Origin: a virus
Lineage: Duplodnaviria; Caudoviricetes
Length of the DNA: 61,035 nt
Virus record (IMG/VR): IMGVR_UViG_3300025141_017123
Location: 1 to 61,035 of that record
Reading direction: 5' to 3' (one strand)
How positions within the stretch are numbered: position 1 is the first letter of the stretch; each line of letters begins with the position of its first letter. Below the pieces are notes generated by a model, which searched no databases, was not told where the DNA came from, and saw nothing but the letters and a program-made list of their open reading frames with translations. The position numbers and the translations under genes are program-made. This document shows positions 38,854-47,343 of the stretch, piece after piece.

Positions 38854-38946
38854 AGTCACGACTATTACTGCATTGTCCACAGGTTATTATTGAAAATGGT
38901 TGATTTGTGGATTATATTGCTATTATCACTTTTAGTAGTTGTGACT
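38854..38946 (+). ncRNA. Predicted long hairpin (structured 5' leader or sRNA)
   Basis: 14-bp stem 38854-38867/38933-38946 and 11-bp stem 38876-38886/38901-38911 with five G-U pairs; promoter TTGTAA-17-TATGCT at 38815-38843. Confidence 0.45.
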
Positions 38947-38991
38947 ATGGGTTGGGTTAAGGGATCACTTCCCTTTTAATGGAGGTGTAGT

Positions 38992-39159
38992 ATGTTTAAA
39001 TTTATTAAGAAATTTTTTACGTATAAAGAAAATACAGACGAAATTAAAGTAAAGGTTTCTGGTGGAAAGTATTTTATTGCTGATTTAGATTCACTATCAA
39101 AGAGTGAAGTAGTTAAAGATCAGGTTAGGCAAGCTAGAGCTTATGTAAGACAAAGCTAG
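38992..39159 (+). CDS. 55-aa small protein not in the ORF track
   Basis: GGAGGT RBS; MFKFIKKFFTYKENTDEIKVKVSGGKYFIADLDSLSKSEVVKDQVRQARAYVRQS. Confidence 0.75.
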   Translation: MFKFIKKFFTYKENTDEIKVKVSGGKYFIADLDSLSKSEVVKDQVRQARAYVRQS

Positions 39160-39165
39160 CAAAAG

Positions 39166-39190
39166 AAAAGCGCCGTAAGGCGCTTTTTTT
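39166..39190 (+). terminator. Intrinsic terminator between the small ORF and the membrane-protein gene
   Basis: AAAAGCGCC-GTAA-GGCGCTTTTTTT. Confidence 0.8.
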
Positions 39191-39201
39191 ATAAGGAAAT
39201 T

Positions 39202-40032
39202 ATGATAAAACCTACTGTTATATTTATTCTAGTTATTACTATCGCTGGGCATATTTACAGAAAAACAAATTATAAACTTTACCCAAAATATGAGGCATCT
39301 AAAGGCTATCATACTTTTTTGCTTGCTGCTTCTACAGGCTTAATCCTCTTTTTATGTGCATATATCTTTGTCACTGTGATTGCTCAATACTGCTTTGCTC
39401 AATCTATTGGAGCATGGTTTAGCTCTCAATTAAGTGTATTAAGCCCTTCCGTTGGACAGAGTTTTGAAACTGTAAATTTAATTTCTGTACTTTTTTTTAC
39501 TTTTTTATTTAGCTGGTTTATTCCAAGGGTTAAGTACACGGTAGCTAAAAAAAGGCAGGAGAACCCTATTCTAAATAGCTGGAAAAGAGCGGCAAGGAAA
39601 GATTTAACCCCTGAGTTTACTTACCTTGCATTTAATTCTTGGGAATATGGTTTACCCATCGCTTTTACTTTATCAAACGATAAGGTGTATATAGGCTATA
39701 TATCTGAAATCGGTATTGATAGTAATGATATTCACCTTTTGCCTATTTTAAGTGGTTACAGGTGTGATGAAAAGAAAGACCTTATTTATTTGATTGATTA
39801 TAAGCCCGTTATAGAGCACATCTTAAATGAAGAGTGTGACGCTACTAGTGAGGATGTCGAAAAGAAAAGTAAAATGGGAGTCTACAAAAAGTTTGCTATT
39901 GCAATACCACATCGCGAGGTGGTTCATGCAAACCTCCATGACACTAGCTATAAAAAGCACTTTGATAGACACCGTTATGATCGCAAAGAAACTAAACCTT
40001 CTGATGTGAAATTTACTCTTAATGAATTATGA
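39202..40032 (+). CDS. Membrane protein with three N-terminal TM helices and soluble C-terminal domain
   Basis: TM segments; FTLSNDKVYIG, PILSGYR motifs. Confidence 0.75.
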   Translation: MIKPTVIFILVITIAGHIYRKTNYKLYPKYEASKGYHTFLLAASTGLILFLCAYIFVTVIAQYCFAQSIGAWFSSQLSVLSPSVGQSFETVNLISVLFFTFLFSWFIPRVKYTVAKKRQENPILNSWKRAARKDLTPEFTYLAFNSWEYGLPIAFTLSNDKVYIGYISEIGIDSNDIHLLPILSGYRCDEKKDLIYLIDYKPVIEHILNEECDATSEDVEKKSKMGVYKKFAIAIPHREVVHANLHDTSYKKHFDRHRYDRKETKPSDVKFTLNEL

Positions 40033-40114
40033 AATAGAGAGCATAACCTTCAAAGCTTGAGATGACTCATTTTTAGTGCAGCTTTTGTATAAGGCTAAAA
40101 AACATAATCACCTG

Positions 40115-40231
40115 TAAGCGATTTTAAGCATCCTATTTTATTTGGTGGCTACATTGGCATACATAAACCTTGTTTAAACAAGCACAAACGAATTTAAACA
40201 TGGTTTAAACATGGTTTAACTCTGATTTAAC
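40115..40231. other. Candidate strong gyrase site (Mu SGS-like)
   Basis: Phased TTTAAAC tracts near prophage centre, upstream of the gpI-like gene. Confidence 0.5.
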
Positions 40232-40572
40232 GGTAATACTTTTTCAAAATCTGATTTAGCCTTTTTTAGAGAGTAATTTATTTTAAGTTCAGATTGCAAC
40301 GGCTTATTTATGGCAAGTTGCTGTTGGGCTATTAATACATACTCTTCAGTAGAAATGTAACCATCATCTGTGTAGTGATTGTTTATGTAAGTAGTAAGCA
40401 CGGAGTTTTGCTGGATAGCGATTAGCTTTGTAAGCGTATCGTACATAGTAGGTGATATTTCATCGGGTTTACCATATTCGACATTTTGAATGGGGCTATT
40501 TTGAAAAAACATACTTAAGTAAAAGGCAGTTAAACCAACTATAACTAAAAAGATTATTTTGTTTGCTAGCAT
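40216..40572 (-). CDS. Hypothetical protein with N-terminal TM/signal
   Basis: Hydrophobic N-terminus, RBS GGA. Confidence 0.65.
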   Translation of the reverse strand: MLANKIIFLVIVGLTAFYLSMFFQNSPIQNVEYGKPDEISPTMYDTLTKLIAIQQNSVLTTYINNHYTDDGYISTEEYVLIAQQQLAINKPLQSELKINYSLKKAKSDFEKVLPLNQS

Positions 40573-40641
40573 ATCCAGTCCTTGGTTAATTTGGATTTCT
40601 CTAATATAGTACCCTGCAAATTATGTTCAAGGGAATTGATA

Positions 40642-41418
40642 ATGAACAATAAGATTTTAAAATTTTTTACTCGTTGTATCAAAATTGATGAAAGTAGAGC
40701 ATTACATAAGAACTGTTCATTTTGGTTTGCGCTATTAACTCCAGCAATTATTGCATTACTACTTAGTCTGAATTTAACTAGAGAGCTAGTTATACATGAA
40801 AGGTTCGATTTTGGTTTTACGGCTGCTCACTTAGATTCATTTATTAAGTATTACAAGTTTCCTATCGGTCTTTTACCAATATCGATATTACTGAGTGTTA
40901 TGGTTGCCCGTTTTCATGCATCAAAGCAAACCGTTCAACAAACCCACCTCAAAAATTATTTTGAGCATCACGAATATTTTGAGTTTTATTGTAATTACTT
41001 AGAAAAACAGCATCACGTTAGCATCCGAAGCCGTGAGTTATATTTACTACTTTATCCTAGTTCTACAATCATGGAGTTTTCACCTAAACCAAGCACTAAT
41101 ATCATTGATAATTTTGTTGAGCTTACTGATAAGTTAATTAATTCTGGTGATGAAATCGAAGTTCAAGAACAAATTGTTGAGGTTTTCGACTTAGTGATTG
41201 AATTTGAAAAGAAAAACATGATTTATTTTAAAGAAAACCAATTAGAAGAAGACCGAATGTTGACTCTAAGTATTTTAGAGTGGCATGAGAGTATGTCATT
41301 TATCCTTAGAGATATTTACTCATTTAAAGGCAATTTAATTAGTTTAGATAGTTTAAATTCAATGACGGAGATATTTAGAGATTTAAATATGAAACTCAAA
41401 TTATCTAGCGAAGAATAA
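40642..41418 (+). CDS. Moron membrane protein (2 TM + soluble domain)
   Basis: Very AT-rich; TM helices then ARFHASKQT..KNYFEH. Confidence 0.7.
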   Translation: MNNKILKFFTRCIKIDESRALHKNCSFWFALLTPAIIALLLSLNLTRELVIHERFDFGFTAAHLDSFIKYYKFPIGLLPISILLSVMVARFHASKQTVQQTHLKNYFEHHEYFEFYCNYLEKQHHVSIRSRELYLLLYPSSTIMEFSPKPSTNIIDNFVELTDKLINSGDEIEVQEQIVEVFDLVIEFEKKNMIYFKENQLEEDRMLTLSILEWHESMSFILRDIYSFKGNLISLDSLNSMTEIFRDLNMKLKLSSEE

Positions 41419-41477
41419 AAACAACTTGATAACTCTAACAACACAATTTAGCCTATATCCGTAACCCTCCCCTAACG

Positions 41478-41524
41478 CTGTAAAGTCTTTTCCAGCGGTT
41501 CAATAGTCACTCTCCCCATACACT
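41478..41524 (+). promoter_or_regulatory. Putative late promoter of head operon
   Basis: Dyad CTGTAAAGTCTTTTCCAG, 23 nt, TACACT. Confidence 0.7.
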
Positions 41525-41559
41525 GGGTGCCACTTAGTAAGTTTATTGGCACTTGGAAC

Positions 41560-42705
41560 ATGGCAAACAAAACAACCCCAAATACCAAATTTAATTGGTT
41601 TGAAGTTTTTAGAGCAGGTACCCAAACTGACTCTAAAGGCGTTACTCATACATTTAGTGAAGCTGATTTAAACAGCGTTGTAAGCAACTTTAAACCTAAA
41701 ACCGCTCCGCTGGTAATTGGCCACCCTAAAATGGACGACCCTGCTTGGGGCTGGGCCAGTGAATTAAAAGCGGTTGGTGGCTCATTGTTTGCCAAAGCTG
41801 AAGACGTATGTGCAGAGTTTGCCCAAGCGGTTGAAAGCAAGCGCTACCCTAACCGCTCAGTAAAACTTGAAAAAGTGGCTAATGGCTACCAACTTGCGCA
41901 CATTGGCTATTTGGGCGGTAAAGCCCCTGCGGTTGAAGGCTTAGCCTGGCAGTTTAACCAAGCTGATGACGCCGATACCCTTACCCTAGAATTTGCTGCC
42001 GGTGATATTGACAACATATCGCTGCACACATCAAACGCCCTTACCCGCCTTATGAGCAATTTACGCAGCTTTTTAACTGACCGTTTTGGTAGTGAAGCGG
42101 CAGATAAAGTTGTGCCGCATTACGAAGGCGAATGGTTAAAAGAAGAAACCATTATTGCTGAGCACGAACGTGCTAAAGGGATTGAGGGTGAAGGTGCTGA
42201 ATTTAGTAAAGGCGAAGATGACGCCACCCCACCCACCCAAGAGGACAATGCAATGGATGAAAAAGAAAGAAAGGCGCTGCAAGACCAGATTGATGCAGCT
42301 AACGCTAAAAACGCGAAGCTTGAATACGCGCAGCGTGTTGCAGCGGCTAACACCTTTATTAACACCGAAGTAAATAGCGGTAAAGCTCCGCGTTTAACCA
42401 ATACTGAAGGTGTGGCTGAGTTTATGGCCAAGCTGGATGACGGCGACACCACCTTTGAGTTTGCTGCCGCTGACGGTAATAGCCAGGCGCTAAAACCAGC
42501 AGAATGGTTTCAGGGTTTTTTAAAGGGTCTGCCTGAACAAACGGGTTTAACTCACGAGTTTAATAAAGACGACAAAGACGGCGAAGTCACTGACGACAGT
42601 GCAGAAACATTGGCAGCGAAAGCGCTTGAATTTCAACAATCACAATCTAGCAAAGGCATTGAAATTAGCATTACTGCCGCGTTAGACCACGTTAAAAAGG
42701 CATAG
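41560..42705 (+). CDS. Mu gpI-like prohead protease/scaffold
   Basis: EVFRAG, APLVIGHP..DDPAWGW, YPNRSV, HIGYLG..PAVEGL. Confidence 0.88.
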   Translation: MANKTTPNTKFNWFEVFRAGTQTDSKGVTHTFSEADLNSVVSNFKPKTAPLVIGHPKMDDPAWGWASELKAVGGSLFAKAEDVCAEFAQAVESKRYPNRSVKLEKVANGYQLAHIGYLGGKAPAVEGLAWQFNQADDADTLTLEFAAGDIDNISLHTSNALTRLMSNLRSFLTDRFGSEAADKVVPHYEGEWLKEETIIAEHERAKGIEGEGAEFSKGEDDATPPTQEDNAMDEKERKALQDQIDAANAKNAKLEYAQRVAAANTFINTEVNSGKAPRLTNTEGVAEFMAKLDDGDTTFEFAAADGNSQALKPAEWFQGFLKGLPEQTGLTHEFNKDDKDGEVTDDSAETLAAKALEFQQSQSSKGIEISITAALDHVKKA

Positions 42706-42709
42706 AACC

Positions 42710-43105
42710 ATGGCACAACCAGGATTAATTAGAAACTTTAGCGCTGAAGACGTTATACCGGCTAACCGTTTAGTGGTTGTGTCGGCAGCAGCAGACTTTC
42801 ATGTTGGGTTGGCGATTGATGCCAGCGCAATGTATGCAGGCGTTACTGAGCAAGGCACTGATGAACATTTACGTGTTGACGTGGTAATGACTCAAAGCGC
42901 ACCGATTGAGTTTGGTGAAGCATTAATTGCAGGTACGCCAATTGTGGCTGATAGCGAAGGTAAAGCGGTTGAGTTTGACCCAGCTAACTTTGTGGGTGAA
43001 ACACAAGTATTCGTTGCAGGTTGGGTTATGGAAGATGGCGAAGCCGGTGTGATTGGCGACGTATTTTTAAACCCACATGTAGTAGCAACAATTCCTAGCG
43101 CTTAA
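42710..43105 (+). CDS. Head decoration/cement protein (DUF2190-like)
   Basis: Position between protease and capsid; size and composition. Confidence 0.7.
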   Translation: MAQPGLIRNFSAEDVIPANRLVVVSAAADFHVGLAIDASAMYAGVTEQGTDEHLRVDVVMTQSAPIEFGEALIAGTPIVADSEGKAVEFDPANFVGETQVFVAGWVMEDGEAGVIGDVFLNPHVVATIPSA

Positions 43106-43146
43106 TGCGCTTGGGTTAACTTAAATTTATAAAGTGAGGATTTGCC

Positions 43147-44082
43147 ATGAGTAATGGTATGCCATTTACCCCCGACGTTGAGCAAACGGCCATAGCCATT
43201 GCTTATCGTAATAGAGCATTGGTTGCGGATACACTTGCACCTTATTCACCTGTTGGTTTACGTAACTACAAGTGGACCGAATTTAAAAAAGGTGAAAAGT
43301 TTACGGTTGTAGACGATAAAATAGGTCGTAAATCAACTCCCAATCAAGTTGAGTTTAGTGTTGAAGAGAGAACAGGCTCAGTGGTTGATCATGGCCTATC
43401 TGATGTAGTACCGAATGATGATGTAACAAATGCGCCGGCAAACTACAACCCGCGCACCCATGCTGCGGAAAGCTTAACTGACCTAGTATTGCTTAACCGT
43501 GAAATACGCGTTGCAACTATGTATAACAAAGCGGCTAACTTTGGGAGTACTCAATCATTAGCTGCAGCAGGCCACAAGCGTTTAGATGACGACTCGCTTG
43601 ATATTTTACCGTTCTTTCTAGAAATTCTAGATGCGCCGTTAATGCGCCCTAATGCGATGACATTATCGCAATCGGTGGCAACTAAGTTGCGCACTCACCC
43701 TAAACTACTAAAAGCGTTTAATGGTACCAGCGGCGACCAGGGCTTAGTGCCATGGAGCTACATTAAAGAAGTGTTAGAGCTTGAGCATGTAACCGTTGGC
43801 CAAGCGCGTCTAAATACCGCTAAAAAAGGCCAAGCAGTTAATTTGCAAAAGGTTTGGCAAGATACCTTGTCGTTTACTTACCACGATCCGCTCGCCTCGT
43901 TTAATAACAACCGCATGACCTTTGCGCTCACCGCGCGCTATGGCTCGCGTACGTCGGGGAACCGTGAGGTTTCTGCTGGTTTAAATGGCGGTGTTGAAAT
44001 CATGGTAGGCGAAGCCGTACAAGAACAAATTATTGCGAAAGACTGCGGTATTTTGCTAACCAACGTGCTTACGCCAGCGTAA
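43147..44082 (+). CDS. Major capsid protein
   Basis: TAIAIAYRN, LNREIRVA, position, followed by terminator. Confidence 0.85.
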   Translation: MSNGMPFTPDVEQTAIAIAYRNRALVADTLAPYSPVGLRNYKWTEFKKGEKFTVVDDKIGRKSTPNQVEFSVEERTGSVVDHGLSDVVPNDDVTNAPANYNPRTHAAESLTDLVLLNREIRVATMYNKAANFGSTQSLAAAGHKRLDDDSLDILPFFLEILDAPLMRPNAMTLSQSVATKLRTHPKLLKAFNGTSGDQGLVPWSYIKEVLELEHVTVGQARLNTAKKGQAVNLQKVWQDTLSFTYHDPLASFNNNRMTFALTARYGSRTSGNREVSAGLNGGVEIMVGEAVQEQIIAKDCGILLTNVLTPA

Positions 44083-44106
44083 TTAATCATTGTTGTTCCC
44101 TGTGTA

Positions 44107-44142
44107 AAGGCCCCAGTACCGACTTGCTCGGGCCTTTTTTTT
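44107..44142 (+). terminator. Intrinsic terminator after capsid gene
   Basis: AAGGCCC...GGGCCTT followed by T-tract. Confidence 0.7.
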
Positions 44143-44158
44143 ACTAACTGAGGTGTGC

Positions 44159-44626
44159 ATGTTTACTACAGAACAAGCAGTTATAGACAAAATAGGTATT
44201 AATACGCTGTTGCAATTTGCGTCGAATAAATTTAACGAGCCAGGCACTCGCGTGACGCGTGATGATGTTGAAGCCGCACTTTTAAGTGAGACGTACAGTG
44301 AGTTGCAAGAGCAAATTAATGCCTGGTATGCGCAAGCACAAAAAAATGTAAATGCAGTTATAGCGGGCTATGTTTCGCGGTTTGCGTTAAACCAAGATGA
44401 TATTAATAACTCTGTTTTACCCGGCATTGCTAACGATTTAATGCATTGTGAGTTAGCCCCTAACATTGCTGATGAAAACCTTAAAGCCCTTAAAAGTAAC
44501 GCGATGGCGATGCTTGATAAGGTTAGTAAAGGTGTGATCCAAATTAAGGAAGATGCGCCTGCAGGCGTAAGAACTGGGATGCGAACCAAACCTGCAGGCT
44601 CTCAATTTAACTGGCCAGGTTATTAA
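44159..44626 (+). CDS. Head-tail adaptor (Mu gp36/DUF1320-like)
   Basis: I.GY..RF.L, AM..L.KVSKG; position. Confidence 0.75.
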   Translation: MFTTEQAVIDKIGINTLLQFASNKFNEPGTRVTRDDVEAALLSETYSELQEQINAWYAQAQKNVNAVIAGYVSRFALNQDDINNSVLPGIANDLMHCELAPNIADENLKALKSNAMAMLDKVSKGVIQIKEDAPAGVRTGMRTKPAGSQFNWPGY

Positions 44627-44627
44627 A

Positions 44628-45050
44628 TTGGCGGGTGTATTTATACACATAACGGGTAATGCACTGCCCCGCTTAACCCAAATTGCAAATGTAAGCGGTA
44701 ATCCAGCTGATGTATTGGACGACATTGGTGCATTTTTAGACATGGACGTCACCACCCGATTTTTACGGGAAGTAACACCCGAAGGCCGTAAATGGGAGCA
44801 GTCGCAAGCAGCAAAAGACCGGGGCGGTTTAACGCTGACTGATGAGCGCAACCTTGCAGGCTCTGTTACGCACAATGTAAACGGAAATACGCTTGAGCAT
44901 GGCTTAGGCGAAAAGTACGCAGCTATACACCATTATGGTGGTGAAACTGGCCGCAATAAAAGCGTGACGTTACCCGCACGGCCAATACTGGGCATTGCGG
45001 CTGTGCAAGAAAATGAGATTAACGACATTATTACTGATTGGTTAATTTAA
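44628..45050 (+). CDS. Mu gpG-like virion morphogenesis protein
   Basis: PEG.KW, YAAIHHYGG, LPARPILG. Confidence 0.85.
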   Translation: MAGVFIHITGNALPRLTQIANVSGNPADVLDDIGAFLDMDVTTRFLREVTPEGRKWEQSQAAKDRGGLTLTDERNLAGSVTHNVNGNTLEHGLGEKYAAIHHYGGETGRNKSVTLPARPILGIAAVQENEINDIITDWLI

Positions 45051-45061
45051 AGAGCATTTAA

Positions 45062-45505
45062 ATGGCATTTAACTTTGATTTAAACAACATAGAAACCCTG
45101 CTAAGCCAAACAATCGTTAATGCAACGGTTGGGTTTGCTAGCGACTTTAACCATGTTCGCGAGCATGCCGTACACAGTGCACAGTTGTTTGTATTGCCAT
45201 TGGCCGATGACAACACCAATACCAATGAAGTACATGGTATGGATGAGTATCAGGTTAAAGATGTGTTTGCGGTGATGATTGTGATCCCCTGCGCTGCAGG
45301 TAATGCCCATAGTGATGCACAAGTTAAGCAATTGCGTAGTGATGTAAAAGCCGCTATTGCTGGATGCCAATACCCTGGGTGGGACCCAATAAAGCTTGAT
45401 AAGGGTCGAACCATTGAGCTTAACAAAAAAACCAATAACCTAATTTACCAGTGCCAGTTTAGTGTAACTGGCCTACATACCGTAACTGTGAAGGTGATGC
45501 CATGA
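45062..45505 (+). CDS. Tail terminator-like protein
   Basis: Position and size before tail tube. Confidence 0.6.
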   Translation: MAFNFDLNNIETLLSQTIVNATVGFASDFNHVREHAVHSAQLFVLPLADDNTNTNEVHGMDEYQVKDVFAVMIVIPCAAGNAHSDAQVKQLRSDVKAAIAGCQYPGWDPIKLDKGRTIELNKKTNNLIYQCQFSVTGLHTVTVKVMP

Positions 45506-45705
45506 GCAAACAAACCGAACAGCAATCAACGAAACACGCTGAACAAAAGGCTGTTGTAAATACAGGCCCGAAAAAGTCCCGCGCGATGACGATTGCCGAA
45601 AACGTTAACCAGGCGCTTGCAAGTGCTAAAGGTAACAGAGACGAGCTAGCCGGCGCTTTTAACTTAAAAAGTGGTGAGCTGATTAAAGTGGAGATTAAAT
45701 CATGA
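45502..45705 (+). CDS. Hypothetical phage protein
   Basis: Translationally coupled ORF. Confidence 0.6.
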   Translation: MSKQTEQQSTKHAEQKAVVNTGPKKSRAMTIAENVNQALASAKGNRDELAGAFNLKSGELIKVEIKS

Positions 45706-46598
45706 GTTGGCGATTTAAAGACAAACTCATTTTAGCGGATGCCTTGGGCACAACTTTAACGGGCCTACATGCTATTTATGCCAGTGAAGTTGAATTGACC
45801 CTTGAAAGCGAAAGCGAAAAAGACGAGCTAGAAACCAGTTATAGCGGTGCCAGCCTTGAGACATTTTACGGTGAGCATATAAGCCTTAATTTTAAAACGC
45901 CATTGGCTATGAGTGGCACTGTGGGTAACGAACCTGCATTTGCTCCGCTGTTATTAGCCTGTGGCATGGTGCAAGTGGCTGATGCAAGCAGCGTTACGTT
46001 TACAAAAGGGGCAGCTGTTGCAGTTACATGCTTAGTACGTTTTGGTAAAAATACCCACAACATTAGCGAAATGAAAGGCAACGTGAGCTTTGCGCTTGAA
46101 AAAGGCAAACCCATGCTTAACTGGCAATTTAAAGGGTTATTTAGTGCGCCGGTTGCAAGTACTGCCGCCCCTGCGGTTGATTGGGACCGTTGGGTGCGCC
46201 CCGAAGTGCTCGGCGTAAGTAACAGCAGTGATTTTAAGCTTAACGATGTTAAACGCACCCTGCACAAACTCACAGTCGACTTAGGTAATAACGTGGTATT
46301 TGACCGTGCCATTAACCATGAAGAAATAATGATAACCGGTCACGAAAGCAGCGCCAATTTTACGCTAACCGCCGAAGAACTGGCCACCTTCAACCCGTTT
46401 GACGATGTTGGCAAAGTGCAAAACTTTGAATTTACCCACGGCACTGCTGCAGGTAAAAAAGTCACCATTATTGGCCGCTATCAAATGCCGTGGCCTAAAT
46501 ACACAAGCCTGGACTCAGAATTAACCGGTTATGAGTTTGACGGTAAGTTAGTGCCCAGCGGTGCTGGTTATGACGAACTGACGATAGTTTTTGAATAA
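45702..46598 (+). CDS. Tail tube (major tail) protein
   Basis: SGT.G.EPAFAPLL.ACG, HGTAAGK, DELTI.F. Confidence 0.8.
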   Translation: MSWRFKDKLILADALGTTLTGLHAIYASEVELTLESESEKDELETSYSGASLETFYGEHISLNFKTPLAMSGTVGNEPAFAPLLLACGMVQVADASSVTFTKGAAVAVTCLVRFGKNTHNISEMKGNVSFALEKGKPMLNWQFKGLFSAPVASTAAPAVDWDRWVRPEVLGVSNSSDFKLNDVKRTLHKLTVDLGNNVVFDRAINHEEIMITGHESSANFTLTAEELATFNPFDDVGKVQNFEFTHGTAAGKKVTIIGRYQMPWPKYTSLDSELTGYEFDGKLVPSGAGYDELTIVFE

Positions 46599-46651
46599 GG
46601 GGGGAGCGCCTTTTTACCTCTTTTTATTTACCTTTTACAAGGGAAGACACA

Positions 46652-46978
46652 ATGAAATTAAAATTACTAACCGAGTTAAAAACTGCATTGATCAGCGCCC
46701 CACTTAATTTTGAGTTTGGTGGGGTTATTTTTAAATTTACCGCAAAAATTAAATTGGTATCTGAAAGCGAGCTTAAAACACTGACTGAAAAACAAGGTGC
46801 GAATGATGGTGAGATTGTGCGCTCATTGTTAGTGGGTTGGGATGACTTTATCGACGATGGTAAAGACGTACCCTTTGATAAAAGCACCCTTGAAGAAATG
46901 CTGGCATACAGCGGCATTACTGCCCGTTTAAGTGTTGAGTGTATTAACGCCCAGTACCGTATCACTGAAAAAAACTAG
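46652..46978 (+). CDS. Tail assembly chaperone (gpG-like)
   Basis: LVGWD..DDG..VPF, ends EKN on slippery site. Confidence 0.8.
   Translation: MKLKLLTELKTALISAPLNFEFGGVIFKFTAKIKLVSESELKTLTEKQGANDGEIVRSLLVGWDDFIDDGKDVPFDKSTLEEMLAYSGITARLSVECINAQYRITEKN
46969..46975 (+). other. -1 ribosomal frameshift slippery site
   Basis: A AAA AAC before TAG; -1 frame is open into 46999-47343. Confidence 0.8.
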
Positions 46979-46998
46979 CCGATGTTGCTAGGTGGTTT

Positions 46999-47343
46999 TT
47001 GGGCGACCTAGCAGCAGACAGTAAAACCATTGATGACGACGAAGCCCATTTTGGTGCACCTAAACAAACAGCGCCAAACAAAGACGAGACATTGTTTGTA
47101 TTGCCCCCTAACCATGCGGCTGTAGTGGCACTGACTACCGCTAGCAGCCAATGGCAACGGGATAACCAAGGGGTAGAAATTGCCCTTGATTATGCCAGGG
47201 CTGATATAGCCTGGCGCTATGCAAATATAACCCTTAATCCCGATGATTTTGCAAAACTGCAAACCCTAGAGCGCACCATAATTGGACTAATAAGGCGACC
47301 CGATGAGCAACAACTTGAATTTGGCGTTACGCTTAAGTTATGA
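46999..47343 (+). CDS. Tail chaperone frameshift extension (gpT/DUF1799-like)
   Basis: SQWQ..ALDY..LQTLE; no RBS, -1 frame. Confidence 0.75.
   Translation: MGDLAADSKTIDDDEAHFGAPKQTAPNKDETLFVLPPNHAAVVALTTASSQWQRDNQGVEIALDYARADIAWRYANITLNPDDFAKLQTLERTIIGLIRRPDEQQLEFGVTLKL

Noticed and set aside
38873-38914. Inverted DnaA boxes (TTGTCCACA / TGTGGATTA) as an origin
   Set aside because: Each has a mismatch, there are only two, and they are explained as the arms of the hairpin
45062-47343. Contractile (Mu-type) tail
   Set aside because: No sheath or baseplate wedge genes; organisation is siphoviral
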